Of a stretch of 64,000 bases of DNA, positions 53,396 through 64,000 are shown piece by piece. Each line of letters begins with the position of its first letter. The first letter of the stretch is position 1. The position numbers and the translations under genes were made by a program. Source of the DNA: Kudoa neothunni (lineage: Eukaryota; Animalia; Cnidaria); contig OZ199838.1 in the NCBI GenBank assembly GCA_964304625.1, positions 8,143,550-8,207,549 on the forward strand, in the 5' to 3' direction. The notes under the pieces are model-generated. The model was not told the DNA's origin. It did no database searches and was given only the letters and a program-made list of their open reading frames with translations.

Positions 53396-54603
53396 ATTTG
53401 TTAATCCTTACAAAAATAACATCGAATTCAACAGCAAGACATATTTTGCATATCTTCGTATAATATTATATCTATACGCTGAAATAACAATATATAAACG
53501 TAAAAAGGGGTCATGGTAAAGGAGATGGCTACTTGATTATAACCGCTAAATTTCACTTATTTTCATCGATTCTTGCACAATAACTTTTTTTACAATTCTA
53601 AACGTTTAATAGGGTTATTCAATTCCCAAAAAATTTAATTATAAATTTTAAGAAATCTTTCGGATTTACCCCCCCCCCCCAGTTATGTTATTTAAGTCGG
53701 TATTTTATTAGGATTTAAATTGTTACTTCCTATTTGTATTATGTATACTTCATAGTTATACACTCTTCATTTTCCATAATGAATCAAATATTTTTCCCCG
53801 TGATCAGGTGGAATAATTCGCGTCAATATTAGAAAATATCAAAGGTAATAATGTAGGATGTGGCACCTCAAAAACACACTTCTAAGCGTTGTTTTTTTGT
53901 CGATTCTTTGATGATTTTTTACAGTAAAATAAATGAATACCGAGAGGAAGAATTCAGCTAATTATGGTAACATCTAATTTGGGTGCAAATCCCAAATACA
54001 ACACCGTCGGCACGCGTGAAATCTTCGTTAAGTTTCTAATAACCAATGAAAACATACTTTAATGTTCACACATTAACTTCTACATTTATTACACGCCTAA
54101 ATAACATTTTTGGGATGGGTCGTTCCATAATTATACGACTCAGACGTTTGATTAAACCTTGCACATCTTATTATAAATTATGTTCTCAATCATAATTGGT
54201 ATTCCGAATAAGGACCTTTTAAAGAAACCTTACAATAAATTATCGCTTTTTGTAGTTTATATATTTTTTCGGTTAAAATAGTTGAATTATAAAAAAAGTT
54301 ATAATCATTTTATCATACAAATTTTGTCGTGAAATTTTTATAGCGATAATATAACGAACCTTTTATCTTCATTGTATTCAATATTTGTCCAAAAAAATCT
54401 TTTAACAATTAATTTTTAAAGAATTACTCTTAACGAAAATTAATTATACAAAACAAAAGAAGCAACATAAATAGAAATTTAGAAATATCATATTAAGTAT
54501 ATAAAACACTCTTTACTTCTTTTTTTAGATATCTATGATCTTTTAAGTTGATGTGCAATCTTTTTTCATATTTATAAAACTAACGATTATATGTTAAGCC
54601 TCT

Positions 54604-57600
54604 TGTTAGGGCAAGGAACCATCGTTCAATATAACAATAATAATATAGAGGCTAATATAAGGGTGTTTATATAGTTAGCGCCAACTGTATATTAATACAC
54701 ATAGGTACCGACCAAGATAATGTGTCATTATATCTTTGACGTCAAAGACTAACTGTCAGCCCCAACACTATTCCCCCTTTCAACAGTTTCACCACAAGAG
54801 CTTTCAAACAACGTTCCGTTTTCCAACACATTGCTGCGATCCACATAAGGCTTCAGTTTATCGAAGTTAGTTACCAAAACTTTACCGTTCAAATCCAGTC
54901 TATAGACAGAGTCTGAAATTAGCTGCTTGACCGTGTATGGTCCATCATAATACGGATCTAATTTATGCTTTCTAATTGGAATATACACCCACACTTTATC
55001 GCCGACGTTGTAAGGAGATCCATAAACACGCTTGTTATATCTTGATTTTGTTTTGTCCAAGTCTAATTCCATATTCTCTTTTGCTACTCTCCGAGCTAAT
55101 TGCATATCTTTCACCAAACAACGGACATAATCTTCTTCACAGAATAAAATTTGATCAGTATTTAGAGTAACATCTAGGGGTGATTTTATTTCTCTTCCTA
55201 ACATAAGAAAATTTGGCGAAAATTTTGATGCTGAATGTATTGCTCCTCTGTATGCCATCATTACAAAAGGAACTTGATCGTCCCAACTTTGACTTTCGGA
55301 AGACACCTTGCTCAGCATATCAATGATTGTTCGATTTAACCGCTCCACCATCCCATCCGATTTTGGATTATAAGCACAAGTTCTAGTCTTCTTAATTCCC
55401 ATAATTTTGCACATTTCCATGAACAGCATAGACTCAAAATTAGTGCCTTGATCACTGTGTATTGAAGACGGTATCCCGAAACGACTAAACACATGTTTGA
55501 TCAGTTTTTTCACAATTGTTTGTGCTCCTTGGTCCTTGATGGGAAACGCCTCAGCCCATTTGGTGAAGTAATCCTGTATCACGCATATGAAGCGATTTCC
55601 ACGGACTGTAGTTTTTAAAGGACCAACTATATCAATCGCGACTCTTTCCATTGGAAAAGAGTAAATTTCTGTATCAAGCTTTGCGATAAACTTTTTCGTA
55701 GATCGATTACGCTTAGAACACTCTTCACAAGATTCGCACCACTTACGAACATCTCTTCTCTGTAACGGCCAAAAGAATTTGGATCTAACTTTTTCAGACA
55801 TCTTATTATGCCCAAGATGACCAGCCGTAATATCGTCGTGGGAAGATTGAAGTATGACCTTTTTAAGACCATCTGGAACGACCAATCTTAAGGTTTCCGT
55901 TTTCGTGTGCTCATCCACATAAGCTCTGAAGAGAACTCCATTAACAAGTTTCAGACTATCACGCAGCATCCACAATATTTTTGCTTCATTACATTCTTCT
56001 TTTGGAACTTTATTTGGAAGAGAATTTAATTCAATCCAACTAATGACTTTTCTTATTACAGAATCGTTCCTTTGCTCAGATTTTATTGTATTATTATCAA
56101 GACCACATATTTTTGTCGTAACATTCACTTCTGTTTCGGTAGGAACTCGTGATAAGGAATCAGCATTTGTGTGGATTTTTCCCGGCCGATGGACAATATC
56201 TAGATCGAACTCTGCTAACTGCTCTAACCAACGGGCTACTTGTCCTTCGGGGTTCTTGAAGGAGAGCAGCCACTTTAGTGCATTATGATCAGTCCGGACC
56301 AAGAATTTTTTACCTAATAAATAGGCTTTAAAATATTTCACAAAGTGAACCAGAGCCAATAATTCCTTTCTGGTGGTACTATAATTTTTCTCTCGATTAG
56401 ATAAACTTCGGCTACCAAAAGAAATGACTTTCTCTTCTCCATCTATCAGTTGTGACAAAATACCTCCAACAGATACATTGCTCGCGTCAGTATCAAGAAT
56501 GAAAGGAGCGTTCCAATCAGGAAAACTTAACAATACCGGCTTTACAATGGCTTTTTTCAATTCTTCAAAACTTGCGGTACACTCCTGAGACCAATTCCAT
56601 TCCGATTCCAATTTTAGGAGGTTGTACAATGGAGTTGATATTTTCGAAAAATTTTGAACAAACTTTCTGTAGTAATTAGCCAATCCTAAAAACTGTTGCA
56701 ATTCCTTTACATTCTTTGATATAGGCCAATTTTCTATCACATTAGTTTTATCAGGGTCAGGCGTGATTCCTTTTGAACTAATTATATGCCCCAGAAATTT
56801 GACTTCATTGTATAAGGTTGATTTATCATAATTTATTCTGAGCTTGTAGTTTTCTAATGTTCTCATTATATTGAAAACATCTTTTTTATGATTTTCCAAA
56901 TCATTACCATATACAATCACATCATCCAACTAAACCAAACAACAGGTTCCAATAAACTTTTGTAAAGCTGTATTCATTAGCCTCTGGAAGGTTGCCGGAG
57001 CGTTACAAAGTCCAAATGGCATTTTTTTAAAATGGTAAATTCCATCCACACCATAGAATGCCGTCTTTTCTCTATCTTTAATAGATATTTCAACATTATG
57101 GTAGCCATCTTTCAAATCCAGCACAGAGAAATACTTAACGTTCCCCAGCATATCCAAAATATCATCTATTCGAGGTAAAGGAAAGGAATCTTTCGTAGTG
57201 ATAGAATTTAATTTTCTATAGTCCACACATAGACGAAAGCTTCCATTTTTCTTAGGCACAACAACAGCATTAAATGCCCACTCAGATGAAGACTTTTCGA
57301 TCACACCATTCTCAATCATATCGTTTATGAGATTATTCATTATTTCTCTCGCGATTAGGATGGCATTGTTTACCACATCGATATACGATTGGGCTTTCTC
57401 GGCAAGGGATGTAAGGTTACCAAATGCTTCGGTATTTATTATCGGCTGATAAATGGTCGGTATTAACTCAACAATTTTGGGTTTAATGAAAAACACAATG
57501 TCTTCGGCCGTTGCATTCGGTCGAGCAGCTTTTAGGAATGTAAGAGCACGACTAACAAAGTCTTTTACTTTTTCGCCGGGCATTATTTTCCCATTCACGT

Positions 57601-57895
57601 AATATTTAGTTATGTTCATTTTGAGCGACTCGGTGGCACCAAATTGCAATTTGTCTTGCTCAGTTGATTTTAATAAAGTTCGAAGATGAGTAGGAATGGA
57701 CAGCAGGAGGTATGCATAGTAATGGTCCGTGGTGAAGTTTTTCATTAGTGCTCGTGCTTCAATCTCTTCCAGTTGCTCTTATGTGGGCAATTCAAAATTT
57801 AATTCCACTATTTTCATGACTTTTGACCTCTGACCCCAAATATAACTAGACGCAAGAAAGACACGTTTAAAATAACGACGTCACCCCCGACTACA
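54604..57895 (-). mobile_element. Defective Ty3/Gypsy element (gag fused to RT, protease deleted, stop codon in YLDD)
   Basis: ORFs 57745-56930 and 56929-54749 are in one frame, separated by TAG at the Y of YLDD. RNase H (LDTDAS) and integrase are intact. PPT at 54781-54768 and 3' LTR at 54767-54604. Confidence 0.9.
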
Positions 57896-58793
57896 ATATG
57901 GAGATAATCTTTACAGTAACATAGGAATTTTAATTATTAAATGATGTTAAAGTATTTATTAAATGGAGATGCAAATTAGCGACACATTAGTTAAGAAATA
58001 ATTATCTCTCGATTTTTAGAAGTGTATTTTTAGTTTATAAAATTTTGAATACAATTTTTTTGTTTAAATGGAAGCCTTATAAATTTGTAGGAGAATCCTG
58101 AAAATTCTACAGCGAACAAATTCTTGTGCTTTGAGTAAAACAAAAAATATTTCTTTTAGGGTATGGCAAATACCCCACCCCGGCAGGAAGGGTTAAATGT
58201 TATCAATTAAAATGAATTATCTTGAAATATTGAACGTTCTTTAGTTTTAATACAAAGATGACTCCATATGAAATGTCACTGAAATAATTAAATTCAGTAA
58301 GAAGCGCTAGAAAGTAATTCTTTCAATTTAAAAAGATTAAATTATATGGTTTAAATTTTGTTTTTGTTGACGATAATATTCATGAAAGTGAATTTTATAT
58401 CGCATATTTGTTGTATAAGGGCCAATGGTAAAATTTCTAATTCATCGTAATGGAAATTACCAACAACAAGATTACAATATTATTTGAAGTAATCAGACAA
58501 ATTCAAATGCATACTTTTTTTATTTTTATTATTTCTCTCTACATTGAATAAAAATAATTAAAATGATAGGTTAATTAGTTATAGAAAAACGCGTAGATAG
58601 ACTAATTGGATAATTTTCTCCAGATTTTTCTGAAATGTATGGTATATATCCATGGTTTCAAAGCTAAATATTTTGATTTTTGAGTCTAAATTTAATGTGC
58701 GACTCCGGAAGTATAAAAATTTTTCTCCCCCATTAATAATTGGCTCTTCAGGTCGTATCGATTGCCGACCCCTGAAATAGACCCTATCTTTAA

Positions 58794-60565
58794 CCCTCCG
58801 CGGCACGCGCAAAAAACTTAACGCGAACGCACGCATGGGGTCCATTGGACCTCACGAAGTAAAACTCGACGTAAATTGCCACATATAATATTTTAATTTA
58901 TTTTTTTAAAACAGTTGTCGCATATAACGTTAGGGTGTTCCTTGCAAACTTGATTTTTGCAACTGTGGCACGCTGTTTAGGGATTTTATCGTTTTGGCGA
59001 TGAGATTGTTGGATTCTTGTGAGAAATTGATTTTTGGTGGTTCTGTAAAGTTTTAATTAAAATAAATTATGTTTAATACCTTTTCTACAGATTTGCTCTT
59101 CCATAAGCTGCATGGATAACGATTTCAAAAAATCTTTCCTTCTTATTTGTTTGTTCAATTTTATATAGTAAATAACAAAAGCGTTGATTGATACGACGTC
59201 TAACAAAGTGTGAAATATTACTGCCGGCTATCTTCCAGTTGTTCGATAGGTGGAATAATTGGCACACATTTGGTCAACTGTATCAACACCACCTTTAGTA
59301 GAGTTATAAAATGAAATAATTTCTGGAATTTTTTTAGGATTTTCTAAGTCGATAATTGGTCTGTGATGAAATGTGCTCAACAAAATGACCGATTTATTCT
59401 TTTTAGGGACATACGAAAGTAGCGTTAACTCTTTAGCATACGCAGATTTCGATGATTACAGCTCTTTTGTTTTTGATGCTAAAAATTCACCAGGAATTTA
59501 TTTTTTTTAAAGCTCCGCAAGCGGTTATTCCATTTTTTAACAATTCTTGAAAAAGGGGAACAGAAGAAAACCAGTTATCTATAGTTATGTTTCTCCCAGA
59601 ACCTAAAATTGGTTGTACTAGACGCATAACTACACTTTGAGCAGAATTATCCACGTTACTCTGAGCATCCAAATAAACTTCTAGGTTTAAAGTATAAAAT
59701 GTCTTTGAATCTGCCATATTGAATATTTTAAGCCCATATTTTTCTGGCTTTTTGGGCAGGCATTATTTAAAAATACACCTCCCTCTAAATAATTCTAGCA
59801 TTTCATCAATGACTAAATATTCTGAGGGGGAATAATATTTTAAGAATTTTGTTTTGACGTCATTGAAAACATCTTTAATTTTTTCAAATTTATGATGGGC
59901 AAAGTCTGGCAAATTTTCCGCATAATGTAGACATCTTTTCAATGATTTGAATCTATTAGAACTGAAAACCTTTTTGCATAATGGAATGCCGAAGTCATCA
60001 TCGGCCCAGAGTTCATTCATGTCGGTTAAATTTGCCTTTTTTATTGCAAGAAAATAGTGCAAGCCAATGGATGCTTTTAAATCACATAGATCAAATTCCG
60101 TGCGATCACGTTCTCGTTTGAAATTTGACTTAATGTTTTTTTTCTTTTAAGATATCGTACTTCCTCTTTTTAGAAAGTACTCCAACTGGATTAGCTGACT
60201 ATTCAAAGTTCTTTCCATAAAATTTATCTTTATACCCATCATAAGTTTCCAAAGTTGAGTGATTTTCAGATATATATAGGTTTCTTCTATAACCTCAAAT
60301 GATTCAGAACTCGAATTATCTCTTTTTTCTAATACCAAATCATCACTACATGAGTCGTCGCTATGGGACTCTTGATCGGATAGATAAGAATCGTTGCTAT
60401 CACCGTCAAGAAATTTTCTTAAATCCATCTAGGTTAATAGAAAAATTAAATAAACAAAAATATGCGAATAGAACTGACCGTTTAGAATTAAGTTAGTTAA
60501 AACCAGAATTATCGGAGTCGAAAATTCACGTGGGGTCCATTGGACCCCATGCGTGCCATGGAGGG
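58794..60565 (-). mobile_element. piggyBac transposon, degenerate
   Basis: TTAA TSDs, TIR CCCTCC..GGCACGC, motifs LVIDEMLELFRGRC, NITIDNWFSS and YNSTKGGVD, and GGGGTCCATTGGACC subterminal palindromes. Confidence 0.9.
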
Positions 60566-60926
60566 TTAATTACAAGTTACAGATCTGCGCACGCGCGTAT
60601 AGGTACCACCGCGGGGCTGCCGATGGAGTTTAAAAAACCCAAGGTCGAGAAAACATTACTTTTAAGTATAACAAAAATAGAATTGTATCTATTAAAGTTT
60701 TTAACCTTCTTCCGATTCGATAATTACGTCTCCAGACATTAAATTTAAATTTATCGTCGTATGATTGCGATGTTTGGCACGAACACTCACTCGTACTTAA
60801 TGTCTCGTGTAGATCAATACACTCACAATTAATTACTTCATAATTCAAAATATATTTTTAACCAACGTTTAAATTTTCTAATAATGTGCTGTCGTTCAAT
60901 ACCGCAAATGTTTAAACCCTGCATGA

Positions 60927-61111
60927 CAGTGGTTCTCACACCCTTAGAGGTGTGAACTCTTGGCTTGGGGATGCGAGATTCGACCTAGTAGAAAGTAATT
61001 TTTGAGAAACCTTGAGTCGGCTACACCTTTTCGTATATTAGCACTAGAGGTTGCGAATTTCGTTTTGTCATCAAATGGGGGTGCGAGTCCAATTTTAGTC
61101 GGGAGGCGTTG
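60927..61111. mobile_element. hAT-type MITE, older inverted relative of 29490-29666
   Basis: CAGTGGTTC start, GGGGGTGCGAGTCC block shared with the other copy, and 8-bp TSD CTGCATGA/CTGCGTGA. Confidence 0.72.
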
Positions 61112-61502
61112 CTGCGTGATATAATCTGAATAGGACACGTCATTAGTAATATAAATATTAATATCGTACATACAAAAATTGTGTTATTCCTTAATGTTTA
61201 CAGGTTTTCAATAAAAACCGAATATTTTATATTAAATGAAAAAACCGTTGAGAACTCCTTTAATTGATGAATAACAAGTTTAAATTCAGCTAGTCCGCCA
61301 ATTTTTGAGAAACATGAATTACAATTTCATTTGGAGTTCAATGAACCCCATTTTACTCCGATTAAGATGGTTAAATAAGCTTGATTACTGTTTTTATGTT
61401 TGTCCACTCCTATAATGGGAAAAGTTTTTGGAAAAAAACAAACATGGATAAAAAACACATTTGAGAAAAAATAAATCAAATGCAAAAATGTTGGAATTCA
61501 AA

Positions 61503-62973
61503 CTAACGCTTGACGCTAAAAATTCGGCATAATAACAATGAAAACAATAAAACATACAATTTGTAAGATTTTCTTGCTTTGTGTTTACCAAATTTTTTCC
61601 TTTCTGTGACTCGGACATCTCTGTACAGGAGGCCAGCTAAATTTCATTCAAATAACGAGCACATCTCTCATTAGGTAATACATACCTTGTAAAAGGATTC
61701 CATGATAATCCGGAGACATGGAGGCAAGAGCTCTTGAAATTGCTAACCTCATTGCACCTGCCTGAGAAGCAGGACCGCTGTTAATAACATTCGCAGCAAC
61801 ATCGAATTCTCCTCGTTTTCCAATTGCATCAAATGCCATATACACTTGTAATCTATTGAAATATTTATTTTAATATTTTATCATAGAATTTATAATTTAA
61901 GGATAATAGCAGTATTAGAAATATTTTGAAATTGCATATAATACGTGTGCATAGATATACTTGTCGAGATCATACTCAAAATAATCATCAAAGGTTACAC
62001 CATTCACTGTAATGACACCAGTGCCTTCTTTTAGAACAATGTCGGCAATCGCTGTCTTTCTGTAGCCAATACTTCTTATGCTGCCATCCTCCCCCTTCTA
62101 TCAAGAAGGCTTATTACAACTTAGCCTCAGTTATTACTTGAAAAGTTTGAGAAGTAACATCAGTGGATTCTAACACCACCATAAATTTCGATATAAAGTC
62201 CATAAATCGAAAAGATTTTTCATTTTTATATAATTTTTCGATGAGGTTAATAAAAAAAACATATTGATGTTTGTGTATTTCTTTGTCGCCTGTGATTTTT
62301 CGAAGTTCTTCCTTAGTAACCCACCTCACATCCAAAGATTTGGGCTCAACGTTCACATCATCAGCACAGGTGGGATTGTTTGCATCAGTTGAATGTACCA
62401 TTGACGATTGTTCGTCTTGATCTCTAAATTCGCCAATAAAAGACGTTCAAACACCACACAGAAATACACAAGGTCATCAATATCAAGACCTTGATATAAC
62501 TGAGGAAATGTTTTATGGAGATCTTCAATACATGTAGACAACTCACCCACCGCATAAAGTCTTCTAAGGATTTCCTAATCGTTCAGTTAGCAAGAATTAA
62601 ACCAACGCCACACAAATACATAGAGAATATCATTGTATCTAGGCGCGTTTGTGAAATAGCCATGACTTTTAACATTTCCATTCTTATCGAACATTTCTTT
62701 CCAATCACTAATAACACAACCTGGGGGCGACAGAGAAGGTCTAGCATCTTTGAATAATAACGCAGACGGTAACAAGTATTTAATATGCTCATCTATTTCC
62801 TTTGGTGTCATATTCTTTTTATCCAGCATTTTTTCAAGCCACAATTTCGAAATTCGGTACCAGTCTTCACTTTGCAAATCTTCACTTTCTTTTATAGTTA
62901 GTAAGTTCCTTCTTGATTTAAACCCCAATATGCTCCTTTGATTTAATAATGATGCACATTTACGTACAAACAT
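61503..62973 (-). CDS. MRPS9: Mitochondrial ribosomal protein S9 (uS9m), multi-exon
   Basis: Presequence-like N-terminus, YLLPSALLFKDARP, GYRKTAIA, G..SQAGAMRLAISRAL, and spliced C-terminus GLLYRDVRVTERKKFGKHKARKSYKFVKR*. Confidence 0.9.
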
Positions 62974-63125
62974 AGTTAATTTGTATAACCTACTCCAAGC
63001 GCTAAGCTATGATAGCTGATCTACTAACCGATGCGCAGACGCATGAGATGCAAAATAAAACGCATGGGGGTGCAGTTGTTAAAATACAAACAGTTTCATA
63101 AATTACTAAAAATGTTATAAAAAGT

Positions 63126-64000
63126 TTATTTTCTCCAGTACTAAAAAAATTTAAAAATGAAATGGAGTTATTTGTTACTTGAGCCCATTTATGAATTTGC
63201 TCTACAACGGTTGCAAAAACTGCTTTGACACTTTCATCTATGAGCCCCATCAAATAAATCGCAGCTTGTTCATCGTCAAGGTCGAGGCGGAATTTTTCTT
63301 CGATCTATTTTTAAATAAGACGGTCATAAAAGTTTGGGGCATGTATAGAACAACAACTTTTTGAATTGCTTTATCCGGCTCGAGAGCAATGTCAACAATA
63401 TCCGCATCCAGCATCAAGGCAAATAAGTTGAGAATGCTATTAGCATTTCTATAAATTGTATAAAGTATTTAATCGATAACAGAAAACAACCAACCTTCTT
63501 AACAAAATAAATACAGTGAAACAAAGGTTTTTAAATTGTTGGAAATGCTCACTGATTTCTCCACCCATTGCTTCAATCTAACAAACACCTCAGTCAACAA
63601 AAATAAATATCGAATGCTTATGGTTACCATTTCACGAGAGAGTTTCATAGGAGGAGGGAACGGCTTAGGATCTCTTCCAAGTATATACCCAAAATCAATG
63701 TGAAACAGTGTTCCTAATGAGTTTAAATTATTTATTAAATGTAAATATAATTTTCATTGCCGAATAAGGTAATGGCAAAGATTATGAGAGCTAAAAATTA
63801 GTCAATCAAAGACTAACCTGTCCTTGTCAGCAACAGATTATCCAAATGGCGATCTCCAATACCAAGAATATACGTGATCACACTGTAACCGGCTACATAA
63901 AACATATATTTATATATATTGTTCTAAAAAAAGCTACCGCAACTTTTGATGTAGTTGTCCATTACATCTGTTCGAATTCCATAAACATCTCTATTTGATG
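63126..64000 (-). CDS. PIK3C3: Class III PI3-kinase Vps34, 3' exons (5' part outside the window)
   Basis: [40 protein letters not shown] and the C-terminus EQIHKWAQ|YWRK* (15-nt last coding exon 63140-63126). Confidence 0.95.

Noticed and set aside
1-64000. CRISPR arrays, rRNA, tRNA or prokaryotic defence systems
   Set aside because: No regularly spaced repeats, tRNA cloverleaf or rRNA signature was seen. The reverse transcriptases are LTR-retrotransposon type.

Overview
AT-rich eukaryotic nuclear DNA, not prokaryotic. Compact, highly divergent animal-type genes with very short GT-AG introns (~37-54 nt) sit as islands among mostly decayed transposons. This pattern fits a myxozoan-like parasitic metazoan (inference, not proven). 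Host genes: CNOT1 (+), SERINC (+), ANAPC10 (-), MRPS9 (-), the 3' part of PIK3C3/Vps34 (-), and two low-confidence small spliced genes. Mobile DNA: four piggyBac elements, Tigger/pogo elements, two Merlin/ISXO2-like transposases and GG-terminated MITEs, a MULE, a hAT with two hAT MITEs, four non-autonomous Helitrons and three Ty3/Gypsy elements. The most interesting spot is 41287-46340. A very young 4.3-kb Gypsy element has identical 129-bp hairpin-rich LTRs and a UUUAAC-type -1 frameshift signal (U UUA AAC) with a predicted pseudoknot. It has inserted into an unexplained ~720-nt, GC-rich, ORF-less sequence with many nested helices that pair across the insertion point, which is a candidate large structured RNA of unknown family.
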